From an uncultured virus (IMG/VR IMGVR_UViG_3300026321_000001) (Duplodnaviria; Heunggongvirae; Uroviricota; Caudoviricetes): 64,000 bases of DNA. Shown piece after piece: positions 28,161 to 38,116 of the stretch. The notes beneath the pieces are model-generated. The model ran no database searches, was not told the origin of the DNA, and saw nothing but the letters and a program-made list of their open reading frames with translations. A program made the translations under genes and the position numbers. The DNA lies in the IMG/VR virus record IMGVR_UViG_3300026321_000001; one strand, written 5' to 3'. Positions within the stretch are counted from its first letter, which is position 1. Every line of letters begins with the position of its first letter.

Positions 28161-30551
28161 CCCATAGAACTGAGCAGGACCAGCACCACATCCAGCAGTG
28201 AAGACTCCAGTGTTTACGTTATATACAGCTACACCATTTTCAACTTGGTTCATTATCGCACCACCCTTGGCAGTATTGAATTCTCCGATACCACCTGCCT
28301 TGGTGTTCACTAGGGTCAAACGACCTCCCATCTTACCGTTCACAACATCAATGATTCCACCAGGTACAGTACATTCACAAATATTAATCTGTGCTGCTGG
28401 CATTGGACTTGGACCTACACCTGTAGCATTGATTGAAATTGTTGGACCTTTAATCAAATTGACCACACCTGTTATAGCAGGAATGGGATTAAGCATACCA
28501 ACGTTCTTAAAGTGAACATTGTTAATAAATTCTGTCTTCCAAGCACACTCATTAATGATCTCACCAGATATGGAGTTCATTAGTGAAGATGCTTTCACTG
28601 ACATTGCAGAGGTGTTAACAGCAAACTCATTAAGGGCATTAAACGTGATATTAGGAGCCTGTATTTTGTAATCTCCTTCATAGCTAACATCGTAGTCAGA
28701 TGCAAACGTTTGTGCTGCTTTAGATTGCTTGGTACCATCAGGGCCGACACCCTGTGATACGTGTAGGTTCTGTGTACCTCCAACTTCTATGTTGAAATTA
28801 CCCATCACCTTGAGAGTATAGTCACCTTCTACTGTAAGTGTCTTATTACCTTTAACTGTCTTACAGTCGTCACGACCTAAGATCTTAGTCTCATTACCAG
28901 GAATATTGGTATGTTGATCACCGTGAGCAGTTGCAATAACAGTCTGACCACCAGCGTGTGAAACAATTGTCTTCTCTTTGCCTGGTGTATTATCCTGTAT
29001 GGTTGTAGCACCATTCATTGACGTAACTGCTTGAACCTTATAAGGATCAATAGCTTGCATCAAGCTAGAGAAATAATCTCCTTTAGTTTGATGATTACCA
29101 CCACTACTACCAGACATATCAATCTCAATCTCTTGTTGTAGAAATTCTGGTACATCTTCACAAGTACTCGTACCTAACAATGGTAACCAGAACGTTTGTT
29201 TAGGCGGTCTATGACTTCTACCACAATCCTTATTACCAAACAATGCTTTCAATAGACCCATTATGATGCTGATCAATGAAGACCAGTTCATCTTAGAGAA
29301 ATCAAATGAGAATAATGATGTAAGTTTAGATATTGCACTCAATCCACCTTTAGCAACAGCGATAGCAGCCATTACCTTCTGACCCATCGCAGAAACCTTA
29401 CCCATTGCTCCTTGAACCTTGCTTAGAACACCATTAACTGTGTCATCTACCTTACTAGCAAGACCACCAACTACCTTGTCAACAATATTTGCAGAGATAC
29501 TATCAGCAAAACCACTGATATCACTCATAGCACCACTAATGGCACCTAATATATAATTTCCTTCAAATCCACAGAATAGACCTGTGATAAAACTGGATAA
29601 TTTGGTTAATGTTTGAATGATACCCAATGGTATAACATTAGTCAGTGCACCCATCAAACTACTAATCATACCTTCCAAGGCTTTGGCTAGTACGTTCTTT
29701 AATGCACTCATAACACCACTGATGGCATTAGATACTGCTGTCTTTATACCCTCGAATGATGATTCAAGTACATCATTCCTCAATTTCTTACCAGTAATGA
29801 TAGAAATTAAGTTTCCATTGCTATCCTTAGCAATTGAACCCGATAACTGACCGAATTCGTTAAGCATCCTCTTGAGATCTCTTTCGAATCCTTTACCTGC
29901 TGGTCCTGATAGTCCATCTGCTATGCCTTGAGCATCAGCAGGAACTTTCATTGGGTTTGTGTATACGTTGCCTGGTGCTCTTTGTTCTGCTACAGAAATG
30001 ACACCACGGGACTTCTCTTCTCCTCCGTTCTCATCTCCTCGCTGTGATCCACCTACAACGTTAAAAGGGGCTCCTCCGTGAACTACGTCTCCTTGTAAAG
30101 ACTTAGACTGAGGTGACATTTCACTGTCTGGTACTGCTTTCGTAGAATCAGCAACGATCGTTGCTCCAGCACCTTCCTCTGAATTTGCTGCTCCGTCTTT
30201 ACTGTTGTTCTTGAATCCACGTAGTGAACCCATAACAACTGGTAGTTGTGCTTCCTCACCATCAAGGAAGAAACCTAAAACCTGTGCACCGACCTGAAGT
30301 TCACACTTCGTCCCAGAGTTTTTAATACCTGCCTGATCCGTTGGGAGCATTGTAACTGCCCAAGGTAGGTCTGTTGTGGGTATTTCTTTCGTATACGCTA
30401 CTTCACCCGCACCAGTGTACCACCCTATAATACGTACCTTAGTACGTCCTAGGTTTTGAGGATCCTCGATGTCTTCGACTTCGCCCACCCACCAGGTGAA
30501 CCCGTCTCTTCCCATTACATCCGACTTTCCTATAGCGTCAAGAACTGGCAT
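28140..30551 (-). CDS. gp5: Baseplate hub/central spike protein
   Basis: N-terminal OB fold (WWVGEVED..DP..LGR.KVRIIG, LPWA, GFFLDG) and C-terminal VxGxxxxx beta-helix repeats. Confidence 0.9.
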   Translation of the reverse strand: MPVLDAIGKSDVMGRDGFTWWVGEVEDIEDPQNLGRTKVRIIGWYTGAGEVAYTKEIPTTDLPWAVTMLPTDQAGIKNSGTKCELQVGAQVLGFFLDGEEAQLPVVMGSLRGFKNNSKDGAANSEEGAGATIVADSTKAVPDSEMSPQSKSLQGDVVHGGAPFNVVGGSQRGDENGGEEKSRGVISVAEQRAPGNVYTNPMKVPADAQGIADGLSGPAGKGFERDLKRMLNEFGQLSGSIAKDSNGNLISIITGKKLRNDVLESSFEGIKTAVSNAISGVMSALKNVLAKALEGMISSLMGALTNVIPLGIIQTLTKLSSFITGLFCGFEGNYILGAISGAMSDISGFADSISANIVDKVVGGLASKVDDTVNGVLSKVQGAMGKVSAMGQKVMAAIAVAKGGLSAISKLTSLFSFDFSKMNWSSLISIIMGLLKALFGNKDCGRSHRPPKQTFWLPLLGTSTCEDVPEFLQQEIEIDMSGSSGGNHQTKGDYFSSLMQAIDPYKVQAVTSMNGATTIQDNTPGKEKTIVSHAGGQTVIATAHGDQHTNIPGNETKILGRDDCKTVKGNKTLTVEGDYTLKVMGNFNIEVGGTQNLHVSQGVGPDGTKQSKAAQTFASDYDVSYEGDYKIQAPNITFNALNEFAVNTSAMSVKASSLMNSISGEIINECAWKTEFINNVHFKNVGMLNPIPAITGVVNLIKGPTISINATGVGPSPMPAAQINICECTVPGGIIDVVNGKMGGRLTLVNTKAGGIGEFNTAKGGAIMNQVENGVAVYNVNTGVFTAGCGAGPAQFYGLPILLN

Positions 30552-31133
30552 TTATGCGTATGAAATCCATCCTGTTACTATATATTTATCTTCTTTAGGT
30601 GCAGGTATTCCGTGGTGTACGTGAGTCCAGTCTGCTGGCCAGATCATAGTCAGTCCTTTCTTAGGTTCTAACTCTAGATCTTGGTGTACAAAGTTAGTAC
30701 CACCACCCTCTTCAATGTCATTAAGATAGGTCATCCAGACTAGATGTCTGAAGGAACTTGTCTTATTAGATCCTACACGTTCAGTGTGAGGTTGAGAGAA
30801 ACAAGCACCAGGAATATAATGCTGTATATTAAATGGTTCAAGTACCTCTAAGTCTGCCATCGAAGCCCAAGGATACTGTTCGATGTATAGAGATATTCCA
30901 CCTTGAACTGCATCAAGATATTTGACAATACGTGGATCCTTTATCCAAGATGGTACTGCCATATCCATTGATTGCTTGATAACCTTATTCACCCCTTGTG
31001 ATGTTTCACCAGGAGTTTTCTCTAGGTAGTCACAGGTCTCGTAAAAATCAAGTACACCGTCACAAATATCTGCATCTATGGTTCCTCCTGCTATAAAGGA
31101 TTGAACCACTCTAGTAGGTGTTTCTTCAGTCAT
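30552..31133 (-). CDS. 2OG-Fe(II) oxygenase (prolyl-4-hydroxylase-like)
   Basis: HTE, YLNDIEEGGGT, WPADWTHVH, KYIVTGW. Confidence 0.88.
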   Translation of the reverse strand: MTEETPTRVVQSFIAGGTIDADICDGVLDFYETCDYLEKTPGETSQGVNKVIKQSMDMAVPSWIKDPRIVKYLDAVQGGISLYIEQYPWASMADLEVLEPFNIQHYIPGACFSQPHTERVGSNKTSSFRHLVWMTYLNDIEEGGGTNFVHQDLELEPKKGLTMIWPADWTHVHHGIPAPKEDKYIVTGWISYA

Positions 31134-31136
31134 AAT

Positions 31137-31310
31137 TTAATTGTTCCAGTGACGAATTACCCCTGCTGTAATAAAGCAGTTAGTTATAAGATATGTAGCA
31201 AAGATGAAAGACCTCATAATTGCTACAATATTATCGTATCGTTTAGTTGCCTCATCACTAAAAGAACCCAGAGTATACTTCCAGACTCTCCATAATCTTC
31301 TAATCATCAT
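31137..31310 (-). CDS. Small membrane protein (MMIRRLWRVWKYTLGSFSD...)
   Basis: 57 aa ORF read directly from the sequence; fills the gap; hydrophobic C-terminal half. Confidence 0.65.
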   Translation of the reverse strand: MMIRRLWRVWKYTLGSFSDEATKRYDNIVAIMRSFIFATYLITNCFITAGVIRHWNN

Positions 31311-31527
31311 AAACTAAGCATTCTGGTTCGTCTGGATGCTGATCGCAGAATAGTTCTAAGCAGTTAGGATCGTGATGATCTCCTGCTACGATCTCATCGT
31401 GATGATGCTCTTCATATTCTATCAAATCGTGTAGCTCTTCCTCAGTGTGTCTTCGTGCTTGAGGTGATGTCTGAGGATCATCAAGGATCTCTTTATCGTG
31501 TTGGATATGTTGTTCTATAGTAGTCAT
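31300..31527 (-). CDS. cp12: CP12 Calvin-cycle inhibitor
   Basis: C-terminal LELFCDQHPDEPECLVYDD. Confidence 0.92.
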   Translation of the reverse strand: MTTIEQHIQHDKEILDDPQTSPQARRHTEEELHDLIEYEEHHHDEIVAGDHHDPNCLELFCDQHPDEPECLVYDD

Positions 31528-31533
31528 AATTGT

Positions 31534-32949
31534 TTAACTTGGAGTAGTGATACTATCTTTGGATAGGTTTAGTATAGTAGTGACCCCTTCTGGATTGTAC
31601 TTATGTGTCAGTCCTGTAATAAGGTATATACCTGAGTAAACAGGATCTGGCATAGTTCTCTCCTCTTCTTTTGTTGAAGCAGGGATAACACATTCTAACT
31701 GTTGTCCTACTGCTAATGCTACATTACCTGGTACCGTAATGTCAAGGGTTATCGCTTTCAATAACTGCCATCGGCTGAAACTGTAAGCAGATGCCCACAC
31801 TGTATCATAATCCATATTACCAGCACCACCCGTAGAATTTTGGGCAGAGGCACTGTTTTTCATACCAGGAAGAGCACGTATCTTAGTACGAGTAGGTCTC
31901 TTATCATCAAAGTATATAGTCTTGACTTTGGGATATGGGAACTGATCATTCAAAATTCCCTCTGCTTTTTTAGCAACTCCAAACACAGCACTCAATCCCA
32001 TATGTAGTGGTGGTTGGATGGAACCAGATGCACCTTGTTGATTACTAGGGTCATCAGCAGGAGCGTCACCATCACCAGCAGCAGGTAAATTACCACTAGT
32101 CAAAGCAGGTAACTTAAGTCCCAGAACAGTATTGCTATAAGCACCAGACCTCATCTTCTCTAGATGATTTGCTCTATCTGGGAAGTTTAAAGTCTCAATC
32201 TTATATGCGTTTAGATCTGAATCACCTACGTTTGCTTGTTCATAGGTATACTTAGCTGGTCTCTTAGAGCTTGGGTTCCTATTAGAACAAAGCCAGTCTA
32301 TAGTATGGAAATAATATCCATCTCTATTCTCATAGAAGACATAACCAGCAGTATTAGTAACAGAACTAACCACCTTATCTGAGATATATGCTATACAGTC
32401 AAATGGTCTCCAAGTCGGAGCTAAGAAGTTGAAATTACCTTTGGATGGTTCATACGAATACTTCTTACCTGATGACATAAGTTTTTCATCAACCAACTTC
32501 TTAACGTGGGATGATCCTATATCATCTTTGAATGACTTGAAGACTTTATTGGTTTCATTATTAATAGTCTCAGGTGACACAGTATAGATTACATACAACT
32601 GTGCACGTTCAGACTTAGTAATAGCACCAATCTTAAATATTTTCTGAGTTATTTCCAACTCAACTCCAGGAGCAGAGTCAGTCTCTATGGTTATTTGAAT
32701 AATCTCATTACCACTAAGACTACTAATAAGGTCAATAGTATCGAAAATTGCTATCTCCATCCTAATCGAAGGAGAATCTATTGACTCAATATAATTCCAA
32801 CCAGAACAAACCTTCCTGATATCAACAACAGAACCCTCCTTGGGGTTTACTTGATCAGTCTTAGTTGTAGGATCTGAATCATCCTGTGTTACAAGGTTAA
32901 ATCTAGTTAACTTATAACCTTTGGGTTGACTTGGTAAGTTGTCGGTCAT
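31534..32949 (-). CDS. Baseplate hub/tail protein (gp27-like)
   Basis: YIESIDSP, P.WRPFD, FYENRDGYYF, VPGN..L.VG, SGIYLITGLTH; position between tape-measure-like genes and gp5. Confidence 0.75.
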   Translation of the reverse strand: MTDNLPSQPKGYKLTRFNLVTQDDSDPTTKTDQVNPKEGSVVDIRKVCSGWNYIESIDSPSIRMEIAIFDTIDLISSLSGNEIIQITIETDSAPGVELEITQKIFKIGAITKSERAQLYVIYTVSPETINNETNKVFKSFKDDIGSSHVKKLVDEKLMSSGKKYSYEPSKGNFNFLAPTWRPFDCIAYISDKVVSSVTNTAGYVFYENRDGYYFHTIDWLCSNRNPSSKRPAKYTYEQANVGDSDLNAYKIETLNFPDRANHLEKMRSGAYSNTVLGLKLPALTSGNLPAAGDGDAPADDPSNQQGASGSIQPPLHMGLSAVFGVAKKAEGILNDQFPYPKVKTIYFDDKRPTRTKIRALPGMKNSASAQNSTGGAGNMDYDTVWASAYSFSRWQLLKAITLDITVPGNVALAVGQQLECVIPASTKEEERTMPDPVYSGIYLITGLTHKYNPEGVTTILNLSKDSITTPS

Positions 32950-34937
32950 AAGAAGTTACTAACAGGATTACTAGTTTCAGCAGTACGACCAAATCTACTT
33001 ACTAAGAACTCAGATGCTGGATTACGTACCCCTTCGTGAATGATAGGTATATCAACTTGTTCTCCAGGTGTCTCTGTTGGTGGCAAGACTAATGCTTGTT
33101 GAATCATTGCCTCCATCTGTTGACCTAGATTACTACTTCTAACTTGACCAGCAGCAGTCTTAACACTAGCCATCATATTCTGTAAGTTTCTACCCACACC
33201 TTTAGCAGCAGGAATAGCAACGTGCTTAGCTGCTAGTGCAGCAGGTGCGTTGTTTATGTAAGCACTTGCAGCAGATTGAGCAGTATTTTGCATTAGATTT
33301 ACAATTCCACCCATACTTCTCGCTGGTTTACCAATCGATAATGGCATACTAGCACGTGCATTAACAAAATTAGATACATTAACTTGTCCACCAGTAGAGA
33401 ATCCAGGAACCTTGTATCCGTGTGCCTTTGCTTGAACTGCTTGCCTTCTACTTAAACTAGGATCTCGACGTGTGTGTGGTGTATCAACAGGTATAACAAA
33501 ACCACCTGATGATCTTTGTGCTACGTACTCTGTACCGTGACCTATAAAGTCAACACCCTTACCTGTTAATGATACAGGATAACCAGACTGAGGACCGTGT
33601 ATCCAACCACCCTTACTCTTCTCAGGTAGTTTAAAGTCCATATTAAATGGAACTATACCACCAATAGATCTCCAAGGTACTATCCCACCTTTACTCTTCT
33701 CAGGTTTATCCTTATTCTCTTCAGCATTTTTCTTCAATTCATCCATCTCACCACCTTTAGGCACTAGCTTAAGGAGAGCTGTAAGACCTTTAAGCATTAA
33801 TATTAAAGGACCAAAGACAAGTTTACCCATAATACCAGCAACCTTTTCAATGAAAGGCATATTCGCTTTCAACCCATTAACAACTGTCTGCATAGCAGGT
33901 CCAAGTGCTTCAAATACCTCCTTCACTGCATCCTTCAATGGTTCCATAAGTTTATTGAACCATTCCATAACAACACCAAATACATCCTTGATTCCATTGA
34001 GGAAATCACCAGCGATAGGTCCTAAGAACTTACCAACGTTCTCACCTAAGAAACCACCAAGTGCAGATCCAATGATACCACCTAGGGGTCCTAGGAACTT
34101 AGCACCAATCTCACCACCTGCTAATGCACCAGTTGTCTTACCTAATGCTGCACCACGAGCAGCTCCTTCCCTATCTTCTTCTGCTATTGACTCATCATTC
34201 TTAACTCTTTGATATGCCTCAACACCTTGTCCTAATGCTAGTGATGCTCTACCCAGTACAGTTCCACCAAGGAACTTACCTAGGTTCATAATACCACCAC
34301 CAACCATCTGGAAGACACCAGTGATACTCTTAATAAACCCTACAGGATTCGTTAAGAAGGCTAAACCAGCTAAAGCACCACCTAAACCAGCGATGCCTTG
34401 CAGTTTCTCCATAGCAGAGTTACCTTCACCAAATGTTTTCTCCCAGTTCTCACCAACCCAGTTGGCAAGCTTAGTGAATATATTAACTAAACCATCCCAA
34501 ATCTTTTGTATTCGTTCGAATGTCTTGATAATATTCTCTCGATTCTTAGGATCACTCAACCAATCCAAAGCCTTGTACATCACAAGACTCTTGAAGAACT
34601 TCATAAGATTCCCTAAGAATCCCATTCCTCCTCCAACAATCTTCGCTACTGTCTTACTATCATCCTTACCACCCTTATCTGCTTCTAACTTATTCTCTCT
34701 ACTAGCATCTGATGCTAGACCTTGTGCTCTCTTTGCTCGTTCAGCAGCATTCTTTTGTTGATTCTTTATCTCCTTTAAAGCTACACCAATACTATTAACT
34801 GTAGCACCTAGGGAATTAATTGCTGAGATAGTCGTAGAAAAACTTGTCCCTGCAATGGTTTTATTACCGACAGTCGTCTTGGTATCTCCGTCGGGTGGAG
34901 TTACCATCTTAAAAAATCTAATCTTACTTACTGCCAT
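32946..34937 (-). CDS. Tape-measure-like protein 2
   Basis: Long amphipathic helical Gly/Ala-rich region; C-terminal GGWIHGPQSGYPV. Confidence 0.65.
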   Translation of the reverse strand: MAVSKIRFFKMVTPPDGDTKTTVGNKTIAGTSFSTTISAINSLGATVNSIGVALKEIKNQQKNAAERAKRAQGLASDASRENKLEADKGGKDDSKTVAKIVGGGMGFLGNLMKFFKSLVMYKALDWLSDPKNRENIIKTFERIQKIWDGLVNIFTKLANWVGENWEKTFGEGNSAMEKLQGIAGLGGALAGLAFLTNPVGFIKSITGVFQMVGGGIMNLGKFLGGTVLGRASLALGQGVEAYQRVKNDESIAEEDREGAARGAALGKTTGALAGGEIGAKFLGPLGGIIGSALGGFLGENVGKFLGPIAGDFLNGIKDVFGVVMEWFNKLMEPLKDAVKEVFEALGPAMQTVVNGLKANMPFIEKVAGIMGKLVFGPLILMLKGLTALLKLVPKGGEMDELKKNAEENKDKPEKSKGGIVPWRSIGGIVPFNMDFKLPEKSKGGWIHGPQSGYPVSLTGKGVDFIGHGTEYVAQRSSGGFVIPVDTPHTRRDPSLSRRQAVQAKAHGYKVPGFSTGGQVNVSNFVNARASMPLSIGKPARSMGGIVNLMQNTAQSAASAYINNAPAALAAKHVAIPAAKGVGRNLQNMMASVKTAAGQVRSSNLGQQMEAMIQQALVLPPTETPGEQVDIPIIHEGVRNPASEFLVSRFGRTAETSNPVSNFL

Positions 34938-37181
34938 TTAAGTTAAACCCACCTTAGCTGGTTTTATGATGTTGTGAACAGCTACACCTTCACCCGTCTT
35001 GATAACCTCTTTAATCATAGGTTGAATAACAAAGGTCTCAGTTGTGCCAGGTCCAGCGAATTGTCCAGAAGCGTCTTGTATAGATCTATCCTTCAATTCA
35101 CTATTTATTCCTCCACCTTGTGCTCCTTCTGAAGGAGTAATTTTTGCTGAAGGTTCTGCTACACCTGTGAATGGTGACTCTTTACCATACTTACTTAAAG
35201 GATTGATCCTACTTAGAGGATTATCTTTTGGTCTACCAACATCATTAGGATTAGTTGATGTTTCCCAATGCAAATGAGGTCCAGTAGATTGACCAGTGTT
35301 ACCAAGTAAACCTAATACAGCTCCAGGAGAGAATGTATCACCTGCCTTGAACTTGGACATCTCCTTCATATGAGCGAAGAATTGTCCCATACCATCACTA
35401 CTTGTCCAAGCAATATAGTTACCAAATCCCTTATCAAATCCTACCTGTTGTACTGTACCACCAAGGAATGCTTTAAGTTCTTCTCCAACTGCACCAGCAA
35501 TATCAACACCCATATGCATACCAGGTGACAACTTCAAGGCTCTCTCCTTCATTGCCTCCGAAGTAACAACGTGTCCTCTATTACCTTCACCACCTGTACC
35601 AGACTCAGCAGCAGCCAACTCTTCTGCTTGCCTCTCTTTGTCTAGTTCTTTCTCACGTTCCCACTTCTCCTTAGCCTTAACTACACGTTTCTCACGTTCG
35701 ATCAATTCATCAGCAAGATCTTGGATATGCTCTTCTTCGAATTGGATTCTCTCACCAATAGTATATCTCCAAGACATATTCTTACCATCAGGATCACCAT
35801 CAAACTTCTTATCACGCATAATTATAAGTTTACCTAACTTCTTCGCAGCATCTTTCTGTGCTCTCTTATGTTTCTCAACTTCCCTCTCTCTATCTCTAAA
35901 TTCTTGACCTGCTTTCTGAACATCAGATGTCCACACTCCTGCTACGTCAATTCTAGAACCTAGATCCTCAGCACCTTCAACGAAATCTGCTATAGCTCTA
36001 GCACCAGTCTTGATAATCCATATCAACCCTGTAAATAGTGGTTCAAATCTTTCACTAAGGAAGTCACCTATCGCTTTAACTGCTGGTCCCATCAATGGAC
36101 CTAAGAACTCAGCAATACCTTTTAATATTGGTGACAACTCCTCAAATAGATCCATTATTGGACCTACTACTGGATCAATAAATGCTTTAAACGCAGGCCA
36201 AAAAACATCCACAAAATACTCTTTAATAGGTCCAAAGATAGGTGTCATTGCATCACCTAAGAATGCACCAATCTTATCTCCTATAAATCCACCTACTAAA
36301 CTACCAACCAAAGGTGCAAATGGACCTAAGATAGGTGTTAAAAATGCTGTTAGTGCCATACTACCAACAGTAGCACCAATACCACCACCTACAGCATTCT
36401 GTACTGTCTCACCTGCTGCTAATCTACTAGTTGTTGATACAACACCAGCAGTTAGTGACATTGCCATTGGGTTGGTGGCAAAAGCTTTTGCACCACTCAA
36501 TCCTTTACTAGCTAACTTCTTAGTACCTTGAGATAAGACTTGACCAAGTTTCTTAATGCCAGGTCCAAGGAACTTACTTAATTTTTGAAAGTCTCCAAGT
36601 AATTTCCAAGGTTTGAGTATCCTATCTGCTACAAATAATGCTGCTAAACCACCTAATATCTTCAGACCACCCATTATAGGTGACTTCTCACCAAATGCTT
36701 CTAATAGCCAACCAACACCTGTAGAGAATACCTTCCAGAATGTCCCTAACCATTTACCTATAACATTAAGTGTGTTACCTAAAAATTCTTTATTCTTAGG
36801 ATCAGACATAAAGTCAAGAGTAAACCATATAGCTGCCTTCTCTAATAACCATACAAATGGTGATAATAACTTCTCTATCCAAGTACCTGCTTTCTTATCA
36901 GAGTTACCAGTCTCTTTCTCTGCTTGCTTCTTAACTTGTGGTGCTATCCTCTTCTCAATCTTACCTTCCCTAGCCTTATCCTTGGATAATGTTCTACCTC
37001 TCCGTGCATCCTTTACCGTGTCCACCTTATCTTGGTACATATCAACGATAAGATTGCCAATGTCAGACACGACAAAACCTAGACGATTCATAGAAGTCGT
37101 CATTGCGGCTACAGGATCCGTCCGAATGTCTCCTTTAACGTTCGCTGGTAGAAAATTCCTTATCTTTAATTGTCCTGCCAT
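34938..37181 (-). CDS. Tape-measure-like protein 1 with C-terminal M23 peptidase
   Basis: Helical repeats plus HMGVDI...GNTGQSTGPHLHWE M23 motifs. Confidence 0.8.
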   Translation of the reverse strand: MAGQLKIRNFLPANVKGDIRTDPVAAMTTSMNRLGFVVSDIGNLIVDMYQDKVDTVKDARRGRTLSKDKAREGKIEKRIAPQVKKQAEKETGNSDKKAGTWIEKLLSPFVWLLEKAAIWFTLDFMSDPKNKEFLGNTLNVIGKWLGTFWKVFSTGVGWLLEAFGEKSPIMGGLKILGGLAALFVADRILKPWKLLGDFQKLSKFLGPGIKKLGQVLSQGTKKLASKGLSGAKAFATNPMAMSLTAGVVSTTSRLAAGETVQNAVGGGIGATVGSMALTAFLTPILGPFAPLVGSLVGGFIGDKIGAFLGDAMTPIFGPIKEYFVDVFWPAFKAFIDPVVGPIMDLFEELSPILKGIAEFLGPLMGPAVKAIGDFLSERFEPLFTGLIWIIKTGARAIADFVEGAEDLGSRIDVAGVWTSDVQKAGQEFRDREREVEKHKRAQKDAAKKLGKLIIMRDKKFDGDPDGKNMSWRYTIGERIQFEEEHIQDLADELIEREKRVVKAKEKWEREKELDKERQAEELAAAESGTGGEGNRGHVVTSEAMKERALKLSPGMHMGVDIAGAVGEELKAFLGGTVQQVGFDKGFGNYIAWTSSDGMGQFFAHMKEMSKFKAGDTFSPGAVLGLLGNTGQSTGPHLHWETSTNPNDVGRPKDNPLSRINPLSKYGKESPFTGVAEPSAKITPSEGAQGGGINSELKDRSIQDASGQFAGPGTTETFVIQPMIKEVIKTGEGVAVHNIIKPAKVGLT

Positions 37182-37352
37182 TTAAAGTGATGGATTACTT
37201 GTCGTAGCTTTCTGTCTCTGCTCCTCCTCTCGAAGATAGCGTAAAAGCATATTGACATACACATCCCTTTCCCACGGAATCATATCTTCCAACTCAGTAA
37301 TGCTCCACTTGTGGTGTTGCATCATTGCGAAGTTAACCTCATAGAGGTTCAT
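37182..37352 (-). CDS. gp51: Baseplate hub assembly catalyst (gp51-like)
   Basis: NFAMMQHHKWSITELEDMIPWERDVY; 56 aa, absent from the ORF track; frame stays open upstream to the gp26 slippery site. Confidence 0.85.
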   Translation of the reverse strand: MNLYEVNFAMMQHHKWSITELEDMIPWERDVYVNMLLRYLREEEQRQKATTSNPSL

Positions 37353-37372
37353 CAAAGAGTCGTGGGCTAGGG

Positions 37373-38077
37373 CTACGCGAAAAAAGAGGCGAGACCCTCA
37401 AGCATAACGGTACTAGTAACTTCAGTCTTGGGATTAAATACTTCAATCTCTTTCTGAAGCTTAGGCATAGTTTCAAAGAACTTTTGAACGTCCTGAAACT
37501 GTCCTGAGTTCATACCTTCAAAGAAAGCAACTAATTCTGCCTTCTTATAGTCCTTGGCTTCGTGCAGTTCATCACCATCAGCGATAGTATCAGTACAATC
37601 TGCTGCTAGTTTAAATACGTCATCTATACCAGGATTATCTGTCAAATTATTCTTAACGAACACATCCAGTGAAGGATACTTCATCGTTAGAGTAATTGTT
37701 TCATCAAGTTTAATAATATTAGTGTGTTCTTTTGGAATAATTACTTCAACTTCATCCAAGTTAACTTCAGCATCAACTTGGGTTGTATCATCATCAGGGC
37801 AAGTGACTTTAAATTCACTTACTTCTCCAACAGACTTACCACGTATTCTCAAGAAGAGATATTCAATTTCAAAAGTTGCTAAATCATTAACATTCTTGAT
37901 ACTAGTACAAGCTTTAATGATATCCTTAACAGCTTTGATCATCTCCTTCTGATTTTGCGTCTCCATTGCCATATAGAGAAGTTTTTCTTCTCTCACTAGA
38001 AATGGACGATAGGTAACTTTCGTTCCTCTCGGCAACACGCATTCATAATCTGGAATGCTCAGCTTGGGTAAAGGCAT
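37373..38077 (-). CDS. gp26: Baseplate hub subunit/chaperone (gp26-like)
   Basis: MPLPKL, YRPFLVREEK, YLFLRIRGKSVGE, MKYPSL, FFETMPKL, EGLASFF. Confidence 0.9.
   Translation of the reverse strand: MPLPKLSIPDYECVLPRGTKVTYRPFLVREEKLLYMAMETQNQKEMIKAVKDIIKACTSIKNVNDLATFEIEYLFLRIRGKSVGEVSEFKVTCPDDDTTQVDAEVNLDEVEVIIPKEHTNIIKLDETITLTMKYPSLDVFVKNNLTDNPGIDDVFKLAADCTDTIADGDELHEAKDYKKAELVAFFEGMNSGQFQDVQKFFETMPKLQKEIEVFNPKTEVTSTVMLEGLASFFA
37379..37385 (-). other. Candidate -1 ribosomal frameshift site T-TTT-TTC
   Basis: X-XXY-YYZ heptamer in the gp26 frame, one codon before the stop; the -1 frame joins gp51. Confidence 0.65.
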
Positions 38078-38116
38078 TTTGTAAGGGGGTTACAATTCAG
38101 TATTACTATTTAGCTA

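Noticed and set aside
33850..37185. Long plus-strand ORFs (up to 190 aa) opposite the tape-measure genes
   Set aside because: Antisense in-register shadows caused by codon bias; no motifs or promoters
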